Below are positions 43,261 to 56,880 of a stretch of DNA of 64,000 nt, piece after piece (the stretch's first letter is position 1; each line of letters opens with the position of its first letter). The translations under genes and the position numbers were made by a program. The DNA is from the human T2T-CHM13v2.0 reference genome, Homo sapiens. Below the pieces are notes generated by a model. The model searched no databases and was not told where the DNA came from. It saw only the letters and a list, made by a program, of their open reading frames with translations. The stretch lies in NCBI RefSeq assembly GCF_009914755.1, contig NC_060934.1. One strand, given 5' to 3'.

Positions 43261-44559
43261 CTTTCCTGGTTATGAGGGAGAAGTGTAAAGGTGTACCTGT
43301 CAGGAAGGATGCCTGTCATGAGTGGGCGTTGAGGAGTAAATGGGGTAAGTGTTGAGATAAATTTCTCTGACCACCACTGTCAAGTTCAAGTCAGAGGACA
43401 TATTTATTGGTATAACAAAGTACACACTTCACTTGAAATAACACAAAAAATTACAAAATCACTTGAGTGACATGCTCTTTCTATATCCCCTTCCTTTATA
43501 TCTTCTGTCTCCTTCCCTGATCCTCTACTTTTTCTTTTTTTGGTACATCTGTGATATTTTGTTTTTGTTAATAAGACAATTGAATGCCTGGTCATTAATA
43601 ATGGTACTATGAATCATCAGATTGTACATATAAATTGTTCATAAGAAAGAGTAATACCCATGCAAACATTATTGATGATGTATATGGTAAAAATGGATTA
43701 GAATGCCTTAAAACTGTAAGATTAAAGAGTCATTCTGAAAGTTACATTAATATAAACTAATGGCTTACATCCATCAGCTAAAGAAGCAAATGTAATGTTA
43801 CATTTAGTGTAAAGTTGAATCAGTAATGTGAATACTTAAGTTAGGGCTCTCTGATGTTCTTCGATGATCTGTTTACCTTATTTTAATAAGAAAAACAACA
43901 CACGAATGAGGCATGGGAAAGGCCATGATGTTGGAAAATATCTCTGAAATACTAGACTACACAAAGTGCTTAATAGTACTTCAAGGAATGGTAATCTAGT
44001 TTATATTCAATTTATTTCATTTCTCTACAAACCCCTGAGGAACATATTCCATTTGTTGCACAAAAGCCAATTATAGTAAAGGGCTGTTCATAAGAGTTTC
44101 TGGCTTTCAGAATCAGTTCTCACTGTTTAAAAGTGCATTTTCTGATGGCTGTGAGGCTAATCATTTCTAATTCTTCAGTAACTATGTTTATAGGATTGGA
44201 ATAAAAACTACAGTGTTCTCTTAGTGTTTGGTGTTGACCAACATTAACAAACTAACAAAAAAGGAGAATTAAAAAGACCTTGGCTTATTGTGAAAACAGA
44301 ATCACAAAGAATAATTTCATGGTAACAAGATTCCCCTCATGGGGGTATAAATTGTCAAAATGCTTTGATAACTTTCCCATTGGAAAAACAACCCTACTTC
44401 AAAGCTAGTTCACATAGTCAAGACAACATGGTCCAGTAAGCTTTTAGCTTTGGCGTTCCCTTTTTACTTCTTTAAATGAAACTGACTTAGACATGTAGTA
44501 TGTTAAGTGAGCTTCCCTGGGTGAAAAGGGGTGGAAAGTGCCTAGAACTCTGCCCTTAG

Positions 44560-44760
44560 GCCATGTTTTCTCATCACCTTGGGATGTGCTACTTACTAGT
44601 TCTGTGCTTTTGGGCAAGTTATTCTCTTTTCTGGATTCAGTTTTCTTGTCTGTAAAAATGGGTAAACTCCCCTTGCTCACAAAATTGTTGAAAAGGTAAA
44701 ACTATCCAATGTGAAGAAGGCACCCAACATATGTCCAGTGGATATTCATTAGATGTTCTT
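44560..44760 (+). mobile_element. MIR remnant
   Basis: CTACTTACTAGTTCTGTGCTTTTGGGCAAGTTA…CAGTTTTCTTGTCTGTAAAAATGGG. Confidence 0.75.
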
Positions 44761-44922
44761 CCTTTCCCTCAACATGGGCTCTTAAAGCCCTACATGAAAA
44801 AGCTGTTTTACCTTTTCAATCCAATAATTTTCCATTTGGGTCTTTGGGCCATAATCTATTATGATCTGATCAAAAAGAGCATTTCAGGAACTTCTTTGGC
44901 TTGTGAACTTTTCTTAAATTGC

Positions 44923-45450
<528 letters not shown>

Positions 45451-45481
45451 TCCTCAACAAAAACCAATGAAGCATTCAAAA

Positions 45482-46484
<1,003 letters not shown>

Positions 46485-47184
46485 AAAATTCTACCACAGT
46501 CCTTTCCACTTTATTCATGATTTCACACGGTTTAATGAAACATATCTATTAAAGACTTTTAATAGGCTAGATTTAACTTAATGTTTATTGAAGATAAACC
46601 TCCTTTTCTTTACCTATTATTATAAACAATATTTGGTCCAGGTCAACTATAAGGTGCATGAACATGTAAACACCATCAATGCTTCCAGCTATAGATATTT
46701 AATTAACTTCGAAAAAAAAAAATCACACCACCTGCACCTGGGAGAAAGCTGTAACTCCCACTATCTCATGAAATATGCTATCCATCTGTATACAAGCAGC
46801 TGAAAAAGCAGAAACTAAATCCTTACCATCCACAATCAGAATTCAACCCACTTGCTTTTCTAATGAGAATAGGACTAGAATCTTTTTTTTCATTACATAA
46901 AATCTAAATTTCACTCTCCCCCATATCACAAATAACCCTTCATTTTATTTAAGGACTAACTGCAATTTATTACACTAGGTTTCTCAATTCCTACACCTAG
47001 GAGTTGGAATAAATTCAGCATTTGACACTTCAGATTAATTAATTTGCGATTTCCTCTAACAGCTTTGTCCTCCAACATAAAGCTCTTCCTATTTCAAAGT
47101 CCATGTGGCCTATTTTACTGTTTTCTAATTTTTCATTTCTGTTCTTAAGCCACCTTTACTCCTCAGAGATTTGTGAAGCAGAGG

Positions 47185-47272
47185 ACTGATAAGCTTCTCT
47201 GAAAACAATAAATAAACAGAACTTCCTGACTCAGTTTATCAACACTGTCATAAACACAGGTGAGCCCAATCG
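47185..47272. promoter_or_regulatory. Candidate enhancer/promoter motif cluster
   Basis: TGATAAG (47187-47193), AACAAT, ATAAACA twice, ACTTCC directly followed by TGACTCA (47221-47233), and CCAAT (47266-47270) in apparently unique sequence. Motif evidence only. Confidence 0.35.
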
Positions 47273-48099
47273 TCAAGGCACTTGGCATTTCTGCATTGAA
47301 CTTTTCACATTAGGATAATCGCATCATCACATATCCTCATTATCACAACTGAAATTTTTACCTGCGAGACGTGGGTAGTTGGTGTGTGGAAACTTAATTG
47401 TGCCTGCACTTGAGAAAGGATTCTGCCCCCTCCCTAGTTACCTCAAATCAGATGCTTGTGCAGTCCAACTTTGGAGAAATGCACAGCCACAGCCCCGCTG
47501 CCTGAGGCAACCACTCAGCAGCTGTCAGAGGACATCACAAATGCTTTCTGTCTGTTATTTTTACGGCAGTGGCTGATCTCTAACAGCCTCCTGGTAACAA
47601 ATGGAGCCACTGAGAGCTTTCCAACAATGCAGCCTCCAGTAGGATGAACTCCTCCAGTCCCTATACCAGGAAGATAGAAAATGAGGAAGACACACAGAAG
47701 ACATGCTAAGCCAGCAGTTCCACTGACCCAGAAAATTAAACTCCATCCTCATCATCTGGCTTCCTACATCTCAAGAAAAAAGAAAAGCATGATTAAGACA
47801 AAGGAATGAGAACAGAAAAAAAAAAATGAAGCACATAGAATATAAGGCTAAATAATCACTAGCATGGGCTATGACCAAGACACTAATATTTTTCTCTCTC
47901 CACCTTGATTCCTGCTCAAAGGAATGCTCTTGACAACTGTGTTCACAAAGAGAATGTTTGTAAACTTTTGTCCCAAAATAACACCCACATGCAGTTTTCA
48001 GGTTGCTCATGTTCTATAAGCCTAAATGAATTTCCCATTTGCTTCAGTTTTCTTTTTTCTTCAAGAGAAGTTTTTATTTTTTCAACCTGAAGTGTTTGC

Positions 48100-48680
48100 T
48101 GTTGTGCCCCATGGAGGTTCACTGGAAATCTCTGACATAAGGCAGATTGATTAATAGGAGAAAAAGCATACAAATTTATTTAATGTGTGTACCCAGGAAC
48201 CCTTAGAATGAAGACCCAACATCCCAATGAGGTACAGAAGCTTGTAACCACCTTGAGGTTACAGAAAGAATGGGGCTTGGATTCTGGTAGAAGAAAATAT
48301 GAGATGGGGGAGGAGAGGAATTCTATTGAGGAGCAATAAATGATTACTAGGGAGACTGATTGGATCAGGGAACAGAGATTAACTTGTAAATTGTTCTCTT
48401 TGGAATTTAAATGACCCTTGGAGAAAGTCATTATACATGTAAAGAACTCTGTTCAGATATGGTTATATTCTTGGTCTTCTTTTCTGCAGTAAATAATGAA
48501 ATAAGGAGGGCAAGAAAAAATAATTGTTTTCTTTGCTAGGTCTGGATCTTAGGCAGATAAAGGAACTCAACCTCTATGGGAGAGATAGTTTAGGGGGAGG
48601 TCAGAGAGACCTTGAGGCTTCTTTGGTTTAGCATATTAAAATGCTGTATGTTGGGTATTGCTGTATTTTGGGTATTGGAA
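48100..48680 (-). mobile_element. MER34/MER39-group ERV1 LTR
   Basis: CTGACATAAGGCAGATT…AATAGGAGAAAAAGCATACAAATTTATT…GGTCAGAGAGACCTTGAGGC, typical of the group in antisense. Confidence 0.7.
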
Positions 48681-49037
48681 CAGTGTTGATCCATTTGAAA
48701 GGTAGCAGATAAAACAAATATGGTTGTGATATGTGGGGAAAATGAAGCTCAGATTGTCCTTTCAGCTATTTAAATAACTACTTCTCTTATAAAGTGAACC
48801 TGCCCTACAAAATGTAGAGATTGTCTCTCATCAGCAGGTCCTTGCCTTATGATGGAGGCTGGGCGGGTATTACTGACACCAGCCTAATGATAAGAAGCCA
48901 AGGATGAGAGAGCAAGGAAGTGAATTGGCCTGTCACTTCCAGTACCAACACCTTCAATTGCTCTGAACTCTGCAGACAGTCCCGTAGAGGTGAAAAATGA
49001 GTTTCTTCTCCACCCTTTATGAATTTTTAGCTGTGAC

Positions 49038-49677
49038 TGTTAGAGTACTTAGATAGGAAGATATGAGCAGGGCAGGATAGGGCCCCAAAGAATGTCAGGC
49101 AACCATGAGGTAACTGTCAGGCAATTGTCCAGTGGTGTCCTCAGGAATGATAAGTGGTTGTGGCTGATGACAGGGAGAAATGTTTTGAGCCTGTGGGCAA
49201 GAAATTCCCAATAAGAATTTTTAAAAATGAACATGTATAGGTATGTGCAGTAAGGGAAAAAATGGTGGGGTTTGACTGGTATATGACCCTCCTCTAGAAG
49301 CACTAGACTGGTAAGGAACAATTGTCCTAAGAGAACATGTGTGTAACTTCAACCACCAGAAAGCATATGTGACCCTTCCCAGACACTGGCAAGTCACTGT
49401 GCATATGGTGATTAGCCAGCAGCCCACTCAAGGGGGAGGATGAGAGGAGGAGACCAGGGAAAAAACAGGAAATAGTAAATCTGTAAGAGCCCTGAGTCAA
49501 AGATCAGGTGGGGCCCCTGATCTTTCAAGTTGCCCATTGGTCCTTTCCAAGTGTACTTTGCTTTGTTCAAAAAACTTTCACATCTGTTTTAAAATCTACT
49601 TTTGTCTCTTAGCTGAATTCTTTCTTCCAAGAAGAATCAAGGACCAAGGATCCCATTTGAATTCTCCACTGGTATCA
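49038..49677 (+). mobile_element. MER50-family ERV1 solo LTR
   Basis: TGTTAGAGTA…ATGAGCAGGGCAGGA…GAATGTCAGGC…CTGGTATATGACC…CTGGTATCA; TSD TGAC/GGAC. Confidence 0.8.
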
Positions 49678-49752
49678 GGACTCCTGCAACAGAAGACAGA
49701 TTAACAGCAGAAAAGCAAACATAAGTTTAATAACAGGTACAGCTCCTGAATA

Positions 49753-50127
49753 TGTCACACGCATCCACGTGAAAAGACCACCAAACAGGCTTTGTGTGAG
49801 CAATAAAGCTTTTACTCACCTGGGTGCAGGCAGGCTGAGTCCAAAAAAGGAGTCAGCTAAGGGAGATAGGGGTGAGACAGTTTTATAGGATTTGGGTAGG
49901 TAGCGGAAAATTGCAGTCAAAGGGGGTTGTTCTCTGGCAGCCAGGGGCGGGGGTCACAAGGTGCTCCAATGGGGAGCTTCTGAGAATCATTGTCCAGGAG
50001 AAGGAATTTCACAAGGTAATGTCATCAGTTAAGGCAGGAACCAGCCATTTTCACTTCTTTTGTGGTTCTTCAGTTGCCTCAGGCCATCTGGATGTATACA
50101 TGCAGGCTTGGGCTCAGAGGACTGACA
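49753..50127 (-). mobile_element. LTR7 (HERV-H) solo LTR, 375 bp, single U3 repeat unit
   Basis: Minus strand TGTCAGTCCTCTGAGCCCAAGC…CACAAAAGAAGTGAAAATGG…TTAACTGATGACATT…CCTATAAAA…GCTCACACAAAGCCTGTTTGGTGGTC…TGACA; TSD GAATA/GTATA. Confidence 0.93.
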
Positions 50128-50665
50128 GTATACATGAGAGAGAACTCAGAGAAATCAGTAAACCTCTAAAGTTGTCAAAAAGTTTGACAACTCAAACAAA
50201 AAGTTTGAGATCGCTAAAGATCTCAAAAAGTTGTCCTCAGACTTCAGGCTTAAATATAATCATTCTCAAAATCAAAGAAAGAGGGGCGTGGGGACAGGCC
50301 CTTTAACTGTAAAACAAGGATAAGGTCTGTTATGCAGATTTAAGTATATACCCCTTCTTTTAACTAAAGTCTCTAGTGATTTAGTTGGTCTTCTCTTCCT
50401 GGTACAAAGTGGGAAACACTTTTTACAAAAGGAGATCTCTTTATAGATGTAAATTTTTCTTATAAATGGATAAACTTTCAGAGGTGCTTCTGTGTCTGAG
50501 GTGCCATAGAGGTGAATTGGGGGTGCATATACTGGTCTCTTACAGTCATATGTGGAGAAACATTTTCTGAACCCCATCAGTAGCAATACAGCCTATGTCC
50601 TTATGACCCTTGTAAAGTGACTATTCAGAATCTAACAAAGGTTGATGGAATGAGCATCTGACCAA

Positions 50666-51326
50666 TGTAAATCAAAGAAAATTACTGCAGCGAGTCTCAG
50701 TCATGTTAGAGGTTTATTTGCCAAGGTTAAGGATGAGCACAGGATAACAGGAACACAGACCACAGAAAACATCTGTGTTTTCTGGTACTTTAATATTTAA
50801 AGGAAAAAAGTGGGTATTAAGGGAAAGAGGGAAAAAAAAGGAGAGTAGATAAAAGAGGCAAGTGGTTGCATTTCTTTGAGTCTGCTCAGTCTTTGCTGAA
50901 TCCACATTTTACATGTGAAAGAGAGTAGAGGAATAGTCACTTATGTAATTGTCTCTTGCTCAGGGAATCTGCATTTTTATGTAAGATAAAATAAATATAG
51001 GGTAGAGGAAGCAGTTAGATATGCATTTGTCTCAGGTGAGTGGAGGAATGACTTAGTTCTGTCCTCTGCCCCATAACTATGAAGATAAGTTGTCAATTTA
51101 CATTGTCAGAGTGAAATTTAACAGAACCATTTTAGGGGAAAGATCTTGGGGGCCTACAAGGAATTTCCTTGTGAGCAAATTGTGAGGGAAGTATGTAGCT
51201 TTTTTATCTTTGTAGCTATTTTATTAGGAACAAAACTGGATGCAGGTTTGGGTGACCCAGTTCCCAGCTTGACTTTTCCCTTTGGCTTAGGGAATCTGGG
51301 GTACTGAGATTTATTTTCCTTTCACA
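50666..51326 (-). mobile_element. MER4-family (MER4B/D-like) solo LTR
   Basis: Minus strand starts TGTGAAAGGAAAATAAATCTC…AAGCCAAAGGGAAAAGTCAAGCTGGGAACT. Confidence 0.87.
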
Positions 51327-52209
51327 TCACCCAGGCCTTATTTGATCTCAGGTCTTCCCATTTTGCCTCACCTCCAGTGCTCTCTTAGAACAGAATACCT
51401 TCCCAGCAAGGATATCACACTCCTAACTTTTAATCTATTGCCTTCATTTGCAGACTGTTCAATCATTGTTTTCCCCCTCCCATTCTGTTGCAACCCATTG
51501 TGAAATTAATAAACAAATAATATCTATTTTAGTTTGGCCTTGTCTCTGTACCTGTCAAAGCTGTAGCATCCTCAAGGGCAGCCCTCATAGGTGAATTTCA
51601 GCCATTCACTCTAATTTCAAACAGTTCTCGTAACTAGAGTCATGTAATAGCTCTCATATGGACATAAGGCTACTGAACTTGCATTTGGAGAGATCCTGAA
51701 TAACTCCACTAACAGGGGGAATGATTTTCATTAAATCATCAACATTCTATGTCTTATTTTTTTTTTTTGCTACCAAGAGATCATATATGGAAAATGGAAA
51801 GGGAAAAACAAGAAATTAGATATATTTATCTGTACGCATACAATCCTTTAATATACTTGGGTTTTTCTGTCTTTATTTCTATTCTAAGGCTTGGCACTAA
51901 GTTTCAACAGTACATGAAGGATGGCTCTATCGTAAATAAACTGTCCTAGGTTTCTAATAGGCCCTACCCATTCCTATGTGAAAATTAATCTACTGCATTA
52001 TGTTGCCTTTGGTTTGAGTTTTTATGAAAATACTATTTAACATTAGAATGCATCAGAAATATGTCTAGTTATTCTTATATTATTCCTGGAGAATTCTTTC
52101 TTTATAGTTGACCAAAATGTGATTACTTGTGATTTTAAATTTATATAAAATTATGTCAGTGTTTGTAACAAAATGGCTTTGAAACAGAAAAGTTACAATT
52201 GTTACAGAA

Positions 52210-52879
52210 TGCTGGGGCTCAGCAAGTGATACTCCATAAGTATGGCTCTTTAGCATGGTGAACACTTTGAACTAAAGTAGGAAGGCCTTAGAAGCTGCCT
52301 CTGAATCAAGGATTTTCTAACCTCTCCTGTCTTTCCCATCTCCTACCCACCCAGCACAGGATAAAATTTTACTCTGATATTCCCTAATCTGTTTTAACAC
52401 TGGATCTGCCAAAGAGAATACAATTGCCTTCCATCCCCTCTCTGAAATTTCATTATCTTTTTTTCCCAATGATTTCTGCTGTCATCTGATGAAATTTCAT
52501 TTCTGTTGAAGAAAGAAGACTGAGGAATGTAACCACATCTGGATGGATTTTGTCACAAGACATTGTCTGTATCTAGGGCTCATTCAGGTTACAAAGACAT
52601 TGTTTACAAGACAATATCTGCCTTCTGCCTCCATTCAATTCTCCTGAAAATAATTTACTACCTCGAAAAATTGCCACATTTCCTTTTCCCCTCTGAAGGC
52701 TGGTATGTAAGCATCTGGACCTCAGTAAGTTATTGCGTAAGGATTCTCCTGTTATTCCCCTGTGCTTATAGATAGTAAATAAATTTGTACGCCTTTTTCT
52801 TCTGTTAATCTGCTGATTGTCAGTTCATTTTCAGCAAACCTTCAGAGGGTGACAGGGAAGCCTTCTCTTCTCCCCTACA
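52210..52879 (+). mobile_element. MER39-like LTR; 5' LTR of a decayed ERV1 provirus
   Basis: TGCTGGGGCTCAG…CACTTTGAACTAAAG…GGAAGGCCTTAGAAGC…TTTTCAGCAAACCTTCAGAGGG…CCCCTACA, followed by a PBS. Confidence 0.8.
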
Positions 52880-52883
52880 GATT

Positions 52884-52901
52884 TGGCATAGTTAGCAAGA
52901 T
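52884..52901 (+). promoter_or_regulatory. Retroviral primer-binding site, tRNA-Ser type (decayed)
   Basis: TGGCATAGTTAGCAAGAT versus TGGCGTAGTCGGCAGGAT: 14/18, with three mismatches at CpG positions; 4 nt after the LTR end. Confidence 0.7.
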
Positions 52902-52931
52902 ATTCCAGAAGCCACAGTCCAGTGAACCCAG

Positions 52932-54166
52932 TGATACCAGTGGACTGGGAAAGGTACTTGAACTCCAGTGGGATCTCAACCCCAACCAGTAACCAGGCTC
53001 CTGACACCATCAAGAGAAAGAATTCAAGGATGAGTCAGAAAATAGTGCAAGCATGGAGATTTATTGCAAAGGGCAAAGTACACACTCAGGGGAAAGCAGG
53101 CGAACTCGAGAGGAGAGAGTGGTGTACTCAAGAGCGAGTCGTGCAAGGGGGTTTGGGGGCTACTATTGTGGCAGGACAGGTCTCACTAAGGCCAGCCTCC
53201 GTAACAACTGTTCCAGCACTGACTGAGTGGTTAAGTTAAATATTAAAAGCTGATAGAGCCAGTGCCCTTCTACAAAGGCTGGAATGTAACAGAAGCCCAC
53301 CAAGAGTTTTGCCTAGGCCTTTCCTGAGCCCTGAAGCATGATGAGATAACAAAGAAATTCTCAATGGGACCTGTTTAGGATTAAACAAGTTTTACTGGGA
53401 GTCTGAAGAAACTCCCCAGGCTTCCACAAACAAGTTTACTGGGGGTCTGAAGGAATTCCCCAAACTTCCATAATTTAGCAGGAGACAAGCTAAGGGTAAT
53501 CACCCAGCACCTGGACCCATTTAGATTAAATACATTTACTGAGGCTCCAGAGGAAGGCCTTCAGGACTCAGATCTTAGTTATAGATTAAAATAAGTTCAT
53601 CACTTATGTCTTTAGATAAATGCACACTTACATGTAAACATAGCTTAGAAAGTGTATAAGCTCTGGAGAACTTCGTAATTTTTAGTCTGGCTACCTTTTC
53701 CAGGCCTTCTCCCTGCGACCAGTTACAGAAATAAAAGCTCCCTTCTCTCCCAGTTCATCTGCATCTCATTATTGGGTCATCAGAATAAGCAGCCTGACCC
53801 TCCGTTTGGTCTGGGAACACTACCTTTATGGGTTTCTTTAATCAAAGGGTGGAATATTCATGAAAATTCCTGGAAAAAGATAGAGATTTCTCAGAACTGT
53901 GGTGCCACCCATTTTACACCAATGTTCTTGAAGGTGTCATGGCACTCGTGGGTGTGCGATCTATTATGTCAATGAGCATATAATGAGATCCTAGATGACA
54001 TTTTGGTCACATCCAGTGCCATGTTAAGTCCAGCTGGTCTTACTTAGCCAGCTTGGTCCACACCCTGGCTTTTCAGAGTCCTATCAGCCCATAGTCCTCA
54101 GTCATGTGAAACTGCTGCCTGGAATCTTGTATTCTCCTTTGACCACCCGGTATTATTCCTGTCTCA
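52932..54166 (-). mobile_element. ERV1 solo LTR (MER49/LTR39-like), split by LTR15-like element
   Basis: Minus strand starts TGAGACAGGAATAATACCGGGTGGTC…TTCCAGGCAGCAGTTTCACATGAC; perfect TSD CCAG (52928-52931 / 54167-54170). Confidence 0.75.
53167..53819 (+). mobile_element. LTR15-like ERV1 solo LTR
   Basis: TGTGGCAGGACAGGTCTCACTAA…ACTGACTGAGTGGTTAAGTTAAATATTAAAAGC…AATAAA…GGGAACA; TSD CTAT/CTAC; internal ~45-bp tandem repeat. Confidence 0.72.
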
Positions 54167-55182
54167 CCAGGATGTGAGAAGCTGGCAAAAAGGCTAAAAG
54201 TTTCTTATCAGTCAGACTCCCGGGTCTTTATTTGTGGAATCCAGTCAAGCAGATAGTAAGAATCACTGCTGGTTGTCTGTTTGTTTTACCTTTTAAAATT
54301 TAAAATAATAGGAGAAAAGCATTTGTAAGGACTAGTCTTAGGTATAGCAACTCTGGGGTATTTTTGCTGTGAGTAGTCATATTATCTGATCTTTTTCCTA
54401 CCAGAAATGGTCTTTGTCTTCCCACTTTATTTGTCATCAGTAGGAAAACTGCAGGATAGAACATGGCCCTTAAGCCTTTGTAAGCTTGTTGTTTGAGCCA
54501 GCCTCATAGACTGGTGAGTTTGCAGTTCTCATCAAACTGATATTTTTAAAAACAAACTGCTGTAGTTCCTTGAACTAAAACAAATGAGGTTTCTGTATCA
54601 TCTTGTTTTATGTCCTGAAAATTTGTCTTTTGTGACCAGGCACAAGCACCCTCTCTTGATCTCCACCAGCCAGTGGACATGATTTTCAAGTCATGTCAGG
54701 TGGCCAGTATAAAAACACTGAAACCTTGCAATACATAAAATTACTAAATAGCACTCTCTCTGTTTTCAACATGCCAAGCTCTCAGAAGAGTTTGTCTTAA
54801 TAAGTCCCGTCCATAAGAGGCTTTTATCATCTCAACCTTTGTTGCCTGGTTAGTGCTGGAAAAGCTCAATTTCAGAAGTGCGGTGCAGTGTCACAGGTTG
54901 GCAGGTCTGTGACTGGCAGCACCCCCATATGTTCATTTGTCCATGTGCTCATGGGAAGCAATGGAGAGATTGTCTGCACAGCACTGTTTTTAACTATCTG
55001 TGGCAACAAGGATCCTTTGGTTTCCTTAGTCTATTTCTGGAAGTGAATATTTGTGGTACATGGAGGCTACTTCTTCCATGCCCTCTTTGGTAACATCTCT
55101 TGCTTCAATGGTAAAAATTTATTCTAAGCCTGGAAAATTACTTCATGGTTTTTCCATGAAGAGGAGTATTGGATTGAGTCAT

Positions 55183-55812
55183 TGAAAGGGATGGCTAACC
55201 TGCTTAAGCCCACCAAACTTAACCTGTCTTGCTTGCTTTTAATCGCATACTTCTAGTTAATCTTAAAAGCTATATGGTAAAAGTCATGTAGCTAAGTAAT
55301 CTACTAGTTTCCTTGTAGATAACATCTCTGACATATAGATCACCATGCTAATGGTTACTTAAAGTGTTTCTCGGGAACTTGGAATCAGCTCTTGTCCAAT
55401 TCAGGTGGTTGAGACCACTGACCCTTCAAATGGGCCTATGAAAATGCCTGAAAAGTGACCTTTTGATGTCAGAGGGCTAAAAACTCCTCCCTCTGATCAT
55501 GCTTATGCCATCGTTTTCTGAACATGTGTCCTATGAAGAACCATGAACCCTAACTATGTGTTTGCAGGCCACCAAATATCTCACTTTTCCCCACGGCCAA
55601 TCATTTTACCCCATACTTTAGACCACACCATTTCTTTATCCTATAAATATCTCTAAATTCTGTCTTCTGGAAGGCAAATTTGAGACCTGTTCTCCCACCT
55701 CCTCACTTGGCTGCCTTGTGAATAAATTCTTTCTCTTTCGCAAAACCTGTCATCACAGCTTCACAGTGATTGGCTTGCTGTGCACAGGCAGAATGAACCT
55801 GGTTTCATATCA
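55183..55812 (+). mobile_element. ERV1 solo LTR (family not resolved)
   Basis: TG…CA termini, CCAAT, CCTATAAATA, AATAAA; perfect TSD TCAT (55179-55182 / 55813-55816). Confidence 0.8.
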
Positions 55813-56880
55813 TCATTATTTTAATAAATACACCATTGAGGATCCTAATTATCAATGACCAGACAACGGATCTTTAAAAGTTAGAAAGGCTCCTATATTT
55901 AAAAATATATACATATAAATGCATACATATATACATACACACACATACGCATGTGTGTGTATGTGTGTAAAGAGCTCTCATCTTAAGCAAAAATCAGATT
56001 TAAAACAAAGTTAAAATCCTCTGAATGCTGAAATTGGCTGTTTTGGATTCCCAGTGGGATTTGCAAAAAAAAAGTACTCCAGCCTGTGAACTAATGGCTA
56101 GGATTCAGTGTTTTTTCTGCCATGGCTTTGGTTTGGTCAGGGTTATCAGTCCTTTGAAGATGTAAATTCTTTAACTTAGCAGAAGAAAAGACTCATTTGT
56201 GAGAACTAGTTTAAATTGTTTTTAATTTATATTAGTATGGCCCTTGACTTTTGGGATACGGATACCTATTTGTTTGTAAGACTTTCTTTCCCATAAACGG
56301 CTTTTGTTTTTCTATTTTGTTTAATGGAGTGCTTGTCTTAAAACTTTCCCTTCTTTAAGCTGTTATTGGAAGTCATCTGGATCTTGGAAGGGCTGTAGCT
56401 TACTGCTCTTTCTTTGGAGACCTTGGTTTCTTGATTTTGGTCTCCTGTGTGCTCATTTGTTTTGGTTTTAAGTCATGTGTTTATGTATAATTTTGGTTTA
56501 AAACTTTGGCTTATTTTTAGAGCCTGGCAGCAGCATTTTAATCTGTTTTTCTTGCTTTCTCTACCGGGATAAAATAAACCCATATGCTAAAAGAAACAAG
56601 AGAAACATGCCTTAAGACAAAACAACAACAACAACAAAAAAAAACAGGAATATGACTAGAAACTCTCTTCGTCCTGTCTTTCTGTCTTTCTTATCTTCAT
56701 TAGCTTTTCTCTGCAGGCTCCTTGGAGCAGGCCAGGGTAGTCTGGAGGGTTAGATGCAGCTTGGTCCAGAGACACATGCCTTCTGCCACCACCACCACTA
56801 CCACCACCACTGGTCCCTCAGCTCTGGTGAAAAGCTGGCTGCTCATGTGACAAACTTTTCTAGAGCTCACCTATTCTTAC

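Larger units (their letters stand above)
48983..50579 (-). mobile_element. MER34/MER39-group ERV1 LTR hosting MER50 and LTR7
   Basis: Host pieces 48983-49037, 49678-49752 and 50128-50579 join into one LTR (…CAACAGAAGACAGATTAAC…TTCTGAACCCCATCA). Confidence 0.72.

Noticed and set aside
49872-50306. 144-aa ORF
   Set aside because: Runs antisense through LTR7 and its host LTR from a GTG start; no recognisable domain.
53383-53470. ~45-bp tandem repeat, superficially array-like
   Set aside because: Two adjacent copies inside an LTR U3 region with no spacers; not CRISPR-like and probably part of the LTR consensus.
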